From Podarcis gaigeae (Eukaryota), in assembly GCA_964106915.2 (NCBI GenBank), contig OZ066925.1: 64,000 nucleotides of DNA. One strand, given 5' to 3'. The position numbers and the translations under genes are program-made. The notes under the pieces were generated by a model. It saw only the letters and a program-made list of their open reading frames with translations, was not told where the DNA came from and searched no databases. This document shows, one piece after another, positions 36,889 to 48,652 of the stretch; the stretch's first letter is position 1; each line of letters begins with the position of its first letter.

Positions 36889-37310
36889 TCCTAGCAGAGT
36901 ACTTCTGCTATGGAACAGCTATATAAATAAAGTAGGGAATAAATAAATACAGGGAAAGCAGAATGTCACTTAGAGATCTGAAATATTTTCCTTTTGGGGG
37001 TTTTTTTGTTGTTGTTTACTTTGAATTTGTCTTATTTTGGATGGTTTTATTAGATGTTTTAATGTGTTGTAAACTGCTTTGGTATTTTTTCTTTAACATA
37101 TAAAGTGGTATAGAAATAATGATGATGATGATGTGCCGGTAATTGGGGCGAAAGATGCTTAGAAATTCTGTTGTGGCAACTTTAACCTAGGTTTGGCAAG
37201 TAGCGTATATGTCTGAGTTTCTAACACTGGTTTTGGGATAATATCTGTCCTACTGCTTTCCATATCTATCCTTGAGAAAGCACTTCTTGAGCTGACTAAA
37301 TCAACTAATC

Positions 37311-37820
37311 CAGTGGTTTTCAACCAGTGTGCCGTGGCACCCTGGGCTGGATTGAATGATGGTCAGGGGTGCCGTGGCCAACACTGGCCTCTGTCCTTCT
37401 TTCCTTCCCTCCCTTCCTCTGATGTCCTTGCATATCTCTGCCCCCCAAAGGCTTGCCCAGCTGTTTATTTATTGCAGCAGCCTTGACTACAAGCTCCCCA
37501 GGGGAATGATGCCTCTGGGGCTGGCCAGGGGGTGCTTCCCAGACCTCTGTGGGGCAGTGTTAGGAGGCACCTTTCTTTGGGTTGGGGGGGGGGCAGCTCA
37601 GAGACCAGAAGCGGCAGCTGCAGCTGCCCAGAGGATTCCCAAGCAGATGAGAGGATGCTGAGGGAACACCCCCAAGGGAGGGTGTTCAAAAAGGGGTGAG
37701 GGGCTGCTGGCTCTGCAGACAAGGGGTGACATTATTGTGTTCCTGAGCCCCACAGGGGTGCCGCAGAAAGAATGTAGTTGGCCAAGGGAGCCGTGGAGTC
37801 AAGAAGGTTGAGAACCTCTG
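37311..37820. mobile_element. Non-autonomous hAT (Charlie-like) element
   Basis: TIRs CAGTGGTTTTCAACC / GGTTGAGAACCTCTG; perfect 8-bp TSD AACTAATC (37303-37310, 37821-37828). Confidence 0.92.
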
Positions 37821-38440
37821 AACTAATCTGTTCTATTTCAGGCAGTAGGAAAACACTACTATAATGTTAAGGGGAAAAACTCTCTTCAGTACAGGATGTG
37901 TCTTTGTATCTTTTGTACTATGTAATTTATAAACGATGATCCTATAAACTGACACTAAAGTTTCACTTTGAAAGCCCCTCACAAAAGTCAGTTTGTGGGA
38001 GTTATGAGGATGGTGGTGGCATTAGTAGGGCTACAGGGTTGGTGAGCGTTAAACCAAAAATTGGTTTGTTTTTACATATATAGTTATATTGGATATTTTT
38101 ATTTTTCTGGTATGCTTTAAATAGGTTTTTTTATATCCTCTTGTGCATTGCCCTGGGCTCCCTTGAGAGGAAGGGCAGTTCAGAAATGTAACTAAAAAAA
38201 GTAAAATAAATTGTTTACTCAAAAAATGAAGCATTCATAAGTTTGCAACCTTAGATAATACAGCTTTTCATTCCAAGCAGCTGGTGAAACTGCCTCCAGT
38301 ATGTAAGCCTCTGATAGAGCTGGGATCGCTGACTTGTGCAAGCTTAAAACATTTACAATTTTTCCTTGATGTTAAAATAATACAAACTTCTTGAACAGAG
38401 CTGAAGTGATAATTTCCATGCAGCATGAAATGCAGGAAGT

Positions 38441-38634
38441 TGGTTTCTCAGTAGTGGCGCCCTCCCTGTGGAATGCCCTCCCTTAGATATCAAGGAGATA
38501 AATAATTACGCAACTTTTAGAGGACATCTGAAGGCAGCCCTGTATCAAGAAGATTTTAACTTGATGTTTTTAATGTTTTTAGATGTGCTATAAGCAGCCC
38601 AGAGTGGCTAGGGAAACGTAGCCAGATGGGCAGG

Positions 38635-38670
<36 letters not shown>
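38441..38670 (+). mobile_element. L2-type LINE 3' fragment with (ATT)n tail
   Basis: Translates FSVVAPSLWNALPLDIKEINN...FRGHLKAAL; 3' stem CAGCCCAGAGTGGCT...AGCCAGATGGGC; (ATT)n 38637-38670. Confidence 0.78.
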
Positions 38671-39623
38671 GCCTGCTCTTCCTTCTAGTTAAGGCCAACC
38701 CACTAGTGGAAAAGGGGGCAGTGATAGCTGTCCTGTCCTCTTTCTGTCCCTTGGGCCTCCCCCTCCTAATATCTCTCTTCATTTGCATCCATCTGGGCTC
38801 ACCAAGCATCAGTATCAGCTGCCTTCTCTGGCAATTTGTCACTCACACATATAGCAAGAATGGACCTGTCACACAACCTGCCTATGGGCCAGAAATTCCC
38901 CAAGCTAATTCTAGGTAGCTGAAAGTTCTGTATCCCAACAAAAACTATTTGCATACTTGGCTGAGACACATTTGTCACCATTTGAAAATGCAGCAGAGAA
39001 ATATAGCCAGTTTCACTTGTGTGATGCATTGATTTGTATAAAACATAAAGAAATGGATCAAAATTAGAATCCTTTTCTACTTTTAGGAACTTGTGATGTC
39101 ACTTTTCAGTGGATTAAATGTTTCTGGCCCTAGTAGCTTTTAATAAAGCTGTGTTTTTAGAGTTCCAGAGAAACTATTCAAATATTTTATAGATGAGCAA
39201 AATGCTTTCATTGTCATTTTATTCTCCTTCCAAGGCCAGTAAAGTAGCTAAAACCACCTGGTTTTACAAGCAAAGAGATGGAAAGCAGGACTAATTAGAA
39301 CAGAAAAAACCTTCCTGAAATAAATTGTCTACAAAATATGTTATAAACAGTGTTGATGCAGTATGGCATAATAAAGTTTTGATTAGTGCTTGTACAGAAT
39401 AACTTAACTGCATTAATGCAACTACCCATGACCTCTGTATGTAGACAAATCTTCCAAGCCAGAAGCTCATTATCAACATTTTCTATACATTCTCATAACT
39501 TACACCTTCAGTGAGCAATAAAACAATATAGCAGCACAAAGATAGGCCTGGCTCACACATAATGCTAAACCATGGTTTAAGCATATTTAATCCATCACAA
39601 GTTGCCCATGAGTTCTCCTATGA

Positions 39624-40378
39624 CATGCATGTACAACACATCAATTGTGATCAACCAGTCGATCGCAGGGCCTTTCTCCGCAACCTTGGATGCAGCAGCT
39701 GCTGCTACCACTGCCAGTCTCTACGGTGATGCAAATCTGAGCAACGCTGTCTTGTCCTCCTCCACCTCTATCTCGAGCCGAGCCTCCTTCCTCCAAAGCC
39801 GACTTGCCTTCCTTCCCGCTCTGCTTTGTGCTCTCGGGGTTTAGACCTGCAGTGCCCTGAGGGGCAGCTAGGGGGTGTGTGGAGGGGAGGTGTTCCCGCG
39901 GGTCCTAACTTAGGGGCATAACATGTTCGGACTCCAGCTGGTCGAAGCTCTGACTTCCCCCTGGCTGGGGATCTGGAGAGTGCCTCTCCTTACCTGCTAG
40001 AGAGGGGAAGGTGGTCTCCATTCCTGCTGCTCACGTTGATCTGGTCACCGTGTGTTTAGGGAGAGAGAGAACTGGCTCCTCAGAAAGAGGACTTTTGCCT
40101 CCCTTTCTTCCTCCCCCTCCCACTTAAACTCCCCCCTCCCATGTCCAGTTAGCTACCTCCTTCCCCACATGCACCCTTCGCATGTGTGATGCACAAGACA
40201 GACCAGTTTGGCCTGGAGGGGGTCTAAAATAAACACAACAAGTACACACTTGTTGCGGGCAGGCGGGCAGAGAGAGTATGTTTAAGTTGAAGAATGACAA
40301 TGTGAGAGTGTGGTAGATCACTGCCAGTTTTTTATACTGATTAGTGGATCAAAGCCTACTTGGAATTGGACATGCCTG
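39624..40378. mobile_element. Non-autonomous hAT element, GC-rich interior
   Basis: TIRs CATGCATGTACAA / TTGGACATGCCTG; perfect 8-bp TSD TCCTATGA (39616-39623, 40379-40386). Confidence 0.85.
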
Positions 40379-42389
40379 TCCTATGATAAAGCAAAGCATG
40401 ACTTGTTTCCCCAAAGTGTTTTCTTTTCCCAGCTGCTCTTGCATTCTCTAGTTTGTTGATAGTCAGGCAAACCATAGTGAAGGAAGGGTGCTGGATTTGC
40501 ATGTAACACCAAGCCAAAGTTAAAATAAACTGAGGTTTGTAAGCCAGCAATGAACCCTGGTTCAGTTTGCTGGCAGAAAACAAACCGCTGTTAAACTGTA
40601 GGGCAGGATTTGAACATTTCTAACAATGGCTTAGCATTATGTTCAAACCAAGTCATAAGGTAAAATCTCAGAGGTAGTGAAATAGCCCTCACCTGTGACA
40701 GATGCTTGTTTAATTTGCAGTATAATTGGCCTGGCTTCTATAAACAGGCAGGAATAATCATGGATTGGTTAAGCAAGTATTAGATGACAGTGTCACAGGG
40801 AATAATTCCTCCGCCCCTTGCAGGTTCAACTATTATTGCTGAAATTTGCATAAATGAAAAACAAATGATATGTCCACACACATTTTTTTCAACCTAACCC
40901 CAAAAATACTAATGTGGGCCAGTCTAAATGGTATGGCTTCATGTATAGGCTTCTGCACATTATTTTCCTTTAGGAGCTCCCCATACAGTAGACATATTAT
41001 TTGCATGTCCTTATGGTGGATATATTACCAATGTAATCCTTACTAAAAATGGAAAGGTTTAATTCAAACCAGTCACATGCATACCATCTTTTAACAAAGT
41101 TTATTGTTTAAATGTGTGTTGCATTAAAGGGGAAAACTAATTATTCAAATATGAAACAAATTAAACCATAACATTTGGTTTTCTCTTATTTCCTAAATGG
41201 CTTAAATAGCATTCATTGTATTTTTATTTTCACTAAACTAGCAAAAATGTTATGTCCTGGGATACGTGCAGAATGCTTTAGTGATGAAGCAGAATTTTTT
41301 TTTATGGCTTAACACTAAAAAGTCATTGCTAATGTGCTATAAAATACTGTTTAAATAGAGATACTATCATTATTAAATTACAGCTGATGACCTCCAGTTG
41401 CCTCATCTGCCTTATTCAAAGATAATAGACACACAGAAGCTGTGTTTTAATTATCACCTAATATTTGTTCTAAATTAATTTCAGTGCTGTTGGGCTGAAT
41501 CTGCAATGATGAAGCAATTAAAACCATTATCTGGTCATTCAAAGTATCAGCCTTCTAGTTAAACTCAATAGTATGTGATCTTTCTGGGAGTTAATGCCTA
41601 AAGTAATGAGCTAAACATTACCAGAAAAGTTTTAAAGAAAATGTTAAATAATTCCATAGAAATTGTGCTACACTCTGATATTTTGAGGTAGTATGAATGA
41701 TCAAATCTGTGCTGTGAATCATAAATTATTATTTATCCTGAAAAATAATATCCTGAAGTGCCATGATTCATAGAGGCGTAATGTTTTTCCCCCCTCCATG
41801 ACTTTCAATTTTGTATTTTGAGGGGGGAGGAAATGTGAAGAAACACTGATAAAACCTGCTATGCATTATTTTCTCTTTTGGAATGAATTAATTGCTTTTA
41901 GGACAAAATTTCATCTACATGTGTGTTGTATGAAGATTTTTATGTGGAACAGTTTCATAGCATTTGAGAATGATATTCTCTGTCCCAATAGTATATACAC
42001 ATGTGTAATACATACAAAACTTAAAAGCGAGATTCCGTACAAGAGGGTGCTGCTACCTTTATACAAGGAATAGATAAGTCCCATGTTTCTTAACTATTGC
42101 CTGCCTTCTTTTTGTGACTTCGTTCTAGCCTGCATCTGCTGTCTTGTTGCTTAAACAAAATTAAGGTTTCAATCCTAGAGATGCTTACCTGGGAGTAAGT
42201 CCCACTGAACCATTGGGGCTAATTTCTGAGTAGACATGCATAGGACTACACTGTTAAGTCATTTATACTTTTGAGGTTGCAAGCCTATGGATACTTAAGC
42301 AAGCACCACTAAATTGCTTATGAGCATACATTGCTTTAGGACCGCCCTGCAAATTTCATGTATAACTTAGTGTTGTACTAGCCAATATA

Positions 42390-42541
42390 CAGTCGTACCT
42401 TGGAAGCCGAACGCCTTGGCTCCCGAACAAATTGGCTCCTGAACACCCTGTCACGGGGATTCGAACCGCTGACCATTCAATTGGCAAGCCCAAGCAGCAC
42501 AGTGGTTTAACCCACAGCGTCACCCATATCCCTAACCACTG
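42390..42541. mobile_element. Composite: MITE left end + inverted Sauria SINE head (42446-42532) + TIR remnant
   Basis: TA|CAGTCGTACCT... (same family as 56487), then reverse SINE head, then ACCACTG|TA. Confidence 0.6.
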
Positions 42542-42599
42542 TATTAGCAACACATTTAACATTAAAACAATAAATTAAAGTTCAGTACTGCCCCTATTT

Positions 42600-42934
42600 G
42601 GGACGCGGGTGGCGCTGTGGGTAAAACCTCAGCGCCTAGGACTTGCCAATCGCATGGTCAGCAGTTCGAATCCCCGCGGCGGGGTGCGTTCCCGTTGTTC
42701 GGTCCCAGCGCCTGCCAATCTAGCAGCTCGAAAGCACCCCTGGGTGCAAGTAGATAAATAGGGACCACTTACCAGCGGGAAGGTAAACGGCGTTCCGTGT
42801 GCTGCGCTGGCCACGTAACCCGGAAGTGTCTGTGGACAGCACTAGCTCCCGGCCTATAGAGTGAGATGAGCGCACAACCCTAGAGTCTGGCAAGACTGGC
42901 CCGTACGGGCAGGGGTACCTTTACCTTTTACCTT
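42600..42934 (+). mobile_element. Sauria SINE (subfamily B type, internal deletion)
   Basis: 13-bp TSD TACTGCCCCTATT at 42586-42598 and 42935-42947. Confidence 0.95.
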
Positions 42935-43988
42935 TACTGCCCCTATTGCAGTCCCCCCCCCCAAAAAATGTGACCATGTTGAAACCATGGATGTTACTCC
43001 ACCCATCACCTTGAGTATTTTGTCACTTGATACCTACAACTCCTTCCACTTATAATGTTTCTTTTATCACTGGAAAGTTGTTCCAGTCAGTGGATTTGTC
43101 ACTGGAACTATTCCCACCTCACCTATGTTTGTGAAGTGGCTACATCTAATGCACACAAGCAGGTGGACACTTCCCCTTTGACTCAGGGCTCTCCTTTGCA
43201 CACTTAAATGCCACAACACCTGACCCAACCCAACAGTTGCGTAATGGTGGTGCCAGGAACTGCTGCTACTCCTGTTCATGCTTCCTCTTTGCAGCAACCA
43301 TCCCATTGGCATTCCTAGTGCTGCACATGCCTTCTCAAGACCTATGAACCTCAGGGCTTGCATGACCAAGAAGCATGTCTCTGTCATCTTGGCACTGGGA
43401 CTATTACTCCCTGCTCTATTAATTTCTGTGTTGAAACAAGTCTACATCTTTGTTGCCAGGGCAACAGGGCAGAAGTCTTCTGTTGCGGCTTTGATGCCCA
43501 TTCAACCAACTGAGTCACTCTGTTCTGCTGCAGTGGTTGTTGCCACACTTCAGAAAGGTGTGTGTGTGTATGAAGGGAGAGAGGGCTAGGAATTATGAAA
43601 GCCCCTGAATTAATATAGCTCAGTGTTATTCAGTCAGGTTTTAATGTTCTTTGGTTAACTTTCAGTTAAGTTACAAAATTGCAGCAATTCGTTTTTCACC
43701 ATTAATGTTTAACAAAAGACTGCCGGTAAGAAATAAATGATTATGAAGAAGGTGCAAATACTTCAGGAGACGCTCATAATAGTAGCTCAGGCATTGTATG
43801 TTATGAAAAGGGGCTGCAACTGAAGTATAATATTTCGGGCCAGAGTTAGCATTTCAGCATATACATTAATTAGGAGGAAAACCGGTGTACAGTGGTACCT
43901 CGGGTTAAGTACTTAATTCGTTCCAGAGGTCCGTTCTTAACCTGAAACTGTTCTTAACCTGAAGCACCACTTTAGCTAATGGGGCCTC

Positions 43989-44303
43989 TGTTGGGATTCG
44001 CAGGATACTGGATAAGTCTGCAGGCTTCAACAGGATGATGCAATACTCTGCTGGGTCAGAGTGACTCAACAGGAGTGTGATTTGTGTGATTGGCTATCAC
44101 CTGTTTTAAAAGGAAAGCCTGTTTAACAGTGGGTGTGGTGGTTGTGCTGTAGTGTGGTGGTGGAGAGTATTCGTTTGTAAGTACTCTGTATGGACTGTTT
44201 CTTTTGTAAATGCCTGTATCTAGCTCACATTAAAAAAGACTGCACTGGAAAAACCTGGAACTCTTAGCGTCTCTGCTAAAAGCGCCACGTGGAATACGCG
44301 ACA
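43989..44303 (+). repeat. 5' LTR (315 bp)
   Basis: TGTTGGGATTCG...TACGCGACA; contains TGACTCA (44062-44068), ATTGG (44089-44093), TTTTAAAA (44104-44111), ATTAAA (44229-44234). Confidence 0.96.
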
Positions 44304-44333
44304 GGGTTATGGGCCCAGCACGCTTCCACTGCG
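44304..44333 (+). promoter_or_regulatory. Primer-binding site complementary to the 5' half (nt ~11-40) of initiator tRNA-Met
   Basis: GGGTTATGGGCCCAGCACGCTTCCACTGCG immediately after the LTR; 29/30 match to the reverse complement of recalled vertebrate tRNA-iMet (...CGCAGCGGAAGCGTGCTGGGCCCATAACCC). Confidence 0.92.
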
Positions 44334-44387
44334 TAAGAGTACAGGTGGCAGTTATCTAGCCGTGGGTGCTGGAGGTGAGCTGCAGGG

Positions 44388-47300
44388 ATGGAGCAGTCCA
44401 GAACTGGCGTGTTGCTGGAGAAGCTGACAGCCACGAACTACAGCATCTGGTCGGTCCGCATGCAACACTTCCTCAAGCGTGAGGGCCTGTGGAAGGTGGT
44501 GGAAGTGCCACCGCAGCCCCCTGAGGAGGATGAAAAGGATGAGAAAGTTTTGGCTACGATCATCCTTGGAGTGGACGACAGCCAGCTAGTCTACGTAGCT
44601 GATAAGGTGACGGCAAGTGAGGCGTGGAATGCACTCAAGGCTGTCCATGTGCGAGAGACAGCTGGCTCACTGATTACACTGACCAGGAGACTGTACCGGT
44701 GTCGGAAGAAACCAGGGGACTCCCTGGTGAACCACCTAAAATTCCTAACAGGCTGTTTCCAGGAGCTAGCCTTAAGAGGGAAGCCTGTGGGGGAAGAGGA
44801 CAAAGTCTTTATAGTCCTGAGTTCCCTTGATGACAGCTATGATATGCCGGTCAATTCCCTCGAGTCTGTAGAGACTGATAAGCTGACTCTGGAATACGTT
44901 ACTGGACGGTTGTATGTGGAGGAGGACAGGCGTGCAGAGCGAAAGATGACCTCAGCCCAGCTGTTGGAGCATCCCAGAGGGAATAACAGCCGGGAAGAGC
45001 CGGAGAAACAGCCAGGAGGAGCTGCTGCAGACCAGCCGGTGGTCAACAAAGTAAAAAGGTGTTTTTGCTGGAAGTCCAGTGGACATCTGCTTCGGGACTG
45101 CCCAAGAAAACAACAAAAACAGCAGAAGCACAGGAGGCAGCAGAGAGAGTCTACCGCTTGGGTGTCTGCAGATGGTCAAGAAAAGGAAGAGCTGTGGGTT
45201 CTGGACAGTGGAGCTTCTCAAACCTTTTGTAAAAGAAAAGCATTGCTAACTGATGCTAGGGCTTCAAACAAAAAACATGTAAGTTTTGCCACGGGCCAGA
45301 AAGCTAATGTGGTTTGTGAGGGGGAGGTTGTGTTCCCACAGCTAGGACACACATTCAGGAATGTGTTGTGTGTGCCTAGTTTGCAAAACAATCTCCTGAG
45401 CATTCCTGACTTGGCAAAAGCAGGCTTTGAAGTAAACTTTGTGGGAGAGCAGTGCCAGATAAAGCAAAATGGGGCAGTGTTGGCAAATGCTAACCTTAGA
45501 ACTAATATGTATGTACTGCAGTGTGAGTCTAAGGTTGCGAATGTGCAAAATGTCCCAACCCATGATATGTGTATTCATCTCCTGCACAGGCGTCTGGCTC
45601 ATGCTAGCTATAAGGTGCTAAACAAAACATTGGAGTTGTGTGGGGGGATGAAAAACATAAAAAGTTGTGATAATTACTTAGACTGCAATATCTGCAAGGA
45701 GGTTAAAAGCAGGGCTTGCCCAGTAGCAAGAGCAAGCCAGAGAGAAACCAAAAAACCACTGGAGTTGATTCATGCTGATGTAACTGGTCCTTTTCTACCA
45801 AGTGTCTCCCATAACAAGTACTGTTTGATCCTAGTGGATGACTATTCTAGATTTGGCTGGGTCTATCCATTAAAGCAAAAGTCTGACGTTGCCCAAACTT
45901 TGAAGTTCTGGGTAAGAAGGGTAGAAAGGCAACTTGGCGAAAAGGTGTGCTCTATTCAGACAGACAGGGGAGGAGAGTTTATGGCAAGCTCCCTAAGAAA
46001 CTGGTTGCGTTCCCAAGGGATTAAACATAGGCTTACCAATGTGGCGACGCCTCAGGAGAATGGAGTAGCAGAGTGTAGGGGAGGTGTCTTGCAGACACAA
46101 ATGAAAGCATTGTTAGCAGATGCAAATCTCCCAATTAAGTACTGGGCTGAGAGTATTAAGACCGCGAATTATATTGGGAATCGCTTGTGGTCAAGGGTAC
46201 TAGATGACATACCCTATAAAATTCTCTATAACAAAAGTCCCAGTTTGCAACATTTGAGAATCTTTGGGACAAAGGCGTGGGTTGACATACCTGTAAAGAA
46301 CCGAAGAAAAGGTGGGAAAAGGGCACAGCAGTTGCTATTTCTTGGGTATGAAAGTGGTACCAAAGCCTACAGGTTTGAAGATGATAAAAATCTTTTGAGT
46401 TATAGTCGATTAGCCAGCTTTAATGAGCAAAGAAATTGGCCCAAGATACATGTAAACCTGCTGCCAGAAAAAGTTTTACTGCCGAGCGTACCTGATAAGG
46501 CAGTTGAAACAAAGCTAAGAATTGGCAGCTCTCCCAGGGAAGCTGAAAGGGAGGAGGTAAAGGTTGAGCATTTTTCTCCAGCTGCTAGCATGGAGCAGGG
46601 GAGAGAAGAAAGTGCAAAAGGGACAGAAGGAGGTAGATCTACAGAGTCAATCCACCCCCAAAGCAGTCCTGAAGGTAGCCCAGGGGGTGAGATTAATGAA
46701 CCAAGGAGGTCTTCAAGAAGTAATAAAGGTCAGCCTCCAGACCGTTATGGGTTCCCAGCCACCATAAACCAGGTTTGTGTAACTGAGCCAGAAAACTTTG
46801 AAGAAGTGCAAGAGTTACCTACTCTAGAGAAAGAGGCGTGGTTAAAGGCAATGCAGGCAGAGTATAAATCTCTGCTAAACAACAATGTCTTTGTACCTAC
46901 AGAATTGCCTGAAGGTAAAAAGCCCATAAGCTGTAAATGGGTTTTTAAAGTGAAAAAGCTGGCTGATGGTAGTTGTCAGAGGAAAGCCAGGTTGGTTGCA
47001 AGGGGCTTTACACAAAGGAAAATGATACATTATGATGAAGTGTTTGCCCCAACAGCAAAGGCTGAAACAGTAAAATCAGTTTTAGCAATGGCAAGTCTGA
47101 GGGGGTTAAAAGTTAATCATTTTGATGTTGCCTCAGCATATTTAAATGCTCCTATTGACGCCGAGATGTATTTACAGCAAATACCAGGTTATGAGCTGGA
47201 AAAAGACAGCATGGTGTTAAAGCTGCAAAGGGCACTATATGGTTTACACCAAAGTGCACGTCTATGGCATGAATGCATAGACACAACTTTGAAAAAGATG

Positions 47301-48322
47301 GGATTCAAACAAAGCCTGGCTGATTCCTGTTTATATTCAGCAATGGTGCAAGGAAGTGTTTGTTATTTACTTTTGTATGTTGACGATATCTGTCTAATAA
47401 CAACTGCACGAAAGCAAATGTCTTGGTTTATAAACAGCCTAGGTAACAAATACAAACTAAAGTATTTGGGAGAGATTCAGAATTACTTAGGAGTAGAGGT
47501 TCAGAGAAATGAAGAGGGCGTCTACTCTCTGAGTCAGAAGGAAAAAATCGAAAAGTTACTGAAGACATAAGGAATGGAGAGGGCAAATGAGGTTGACACT
47601 CCCATAACTACCCAGTACAAAAATGAACCAGAAGGGCAAAAATGTGAGAATGCAACAGCGTTTCATTCTCTGTTGGGTTCTCTGTTATATTTAAGTTGTT
47701 GGACAAGACCCGACATAACATTGGCAGTGCACATGTTAAGCCAAAGAAGTGCAGACCCGGCTCAGAGAGATTGGGTAGCACTTAAAAGAATCCTAAGGTA
47801 TCTGAAAGGCACAAAAGATTACAAACTGGTGCTGGATACAGGATATGATCAGCAAGTCTATGCATACTCTGATGCCAGCTGGGGGGACAGAGAAAATGGA
47901 AAGTCTACCACTGGCTATGCCATATATATTGGAAATGCCCTGGTTCAGTGGAAATCCCAGAAACAAACATTTGTTGCCACAAGTACTTGTGAAGCAGAGT
48001 ACTCAGCCATAAGCGAATGTGTATCACAAATAGAATGGTTTGCTTGCCTAACAAAAGAGCTTGGAATACCTTCTGAAATGCCAATCACTGTGCTAAGTGA
48101 CAACATGGCTGCACAACAGCTTGCCAACCAACAGAACTTTAAAAGCAAGAGTAAACAATTGCTATAAGATACGGAAATGTGAAAAATGTTTTGGAAAGAA
48201 ATGTGTTAAAGGTACAGCACTGTAACACAAAATGTAATGTGGCAGATTTGTATACAAAATGTTTGGATGCTCCTAAATTTCGAGACTTAAGAGAATTATT
48301 AGGTCTCAAGCCTTTGACTTAA
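44388..48322 (+). pseudogene. Copia gag-pol polyprotein with one premature stop and one frameshift
   Basis: Gag (NYSIW; knuckle CFCWKSSGHLLRDC), protease WVLDSGAS, integrase HRRLAH..CNIC and D-D-E (HADVTGP, TDRGGEF, NGVAE), RT (KARLVARGFTQ, LYGLHQS, YVDD), RNase H (YSDASW, EAEY, SDN). In-frame TAA at 47568-47570. Frameshift near 48157, after which another frame reads IAIRYGNVK...VADLYTKCL...* ending 48322. Confidence 0.93.
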
Positions 48323-48329
48323 GGAGGAG
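48321..48329 (+). promoter_or_regulatory. Polypurine tract
   Basis: AAGGAGGAG directly before the 3' LTR. Confidence 0.85.
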
Positions 48330-48652
48330 TGTTGGGATTCGCAGGATACTGGATAAGTCTGCAGGCTTCAACAGGATGATGCAATACTCTGCTGGGTCAG
48401 AGTGACTCAACAGGAGTGTGATTAGTGTGATTGGCTATCACCTGTTTTAAAAGGAAAGCCTGTTTAACAGTGGGTGTGGTGGTTGTACTGTAGTGTGGTG
48501 GTGCTTTGGTGGAGAGTATTCGTTTGTAAGTACTCTGTATGGACTGTTTCTTTTGTAAATGCCTGTATCTAGCTCACATTAAAAAAGACTGCACTAGAAA
48601 AACCTGGAACTCTTAGCGTCTCCGCTGAAAGCGCCGCGTGGAATACGCGACA
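48330..48652 (+). repeat. 3' LTR (323 bp)
   Basis: Differs from the 5' LTR by 6 substitutions and one 8-bp indel (manual comparison). Confidence 0.96.

Larger units (their letters stand above)
43989..48652 (+). mobile_element. Full-length Ty1/Copia LTR retrotransposon (Hemivirus-like PBS)
   Basis: Two TG...CA LTRs, 5-bp TSD GCCTC (43984-43988, 48653-48657), PBS, PPT, domain order Gag-PR-IN-RT-RH. Confidence 0.97.

Noticed and set aside
47574-48167. Separate 197-aa gene or programmed read-through
   Set aside because: Same frame as the upstream ORF and mid-RT/RNase H. The TAA is most simply a point mutation (likely Tyr codon), not a recoding site.
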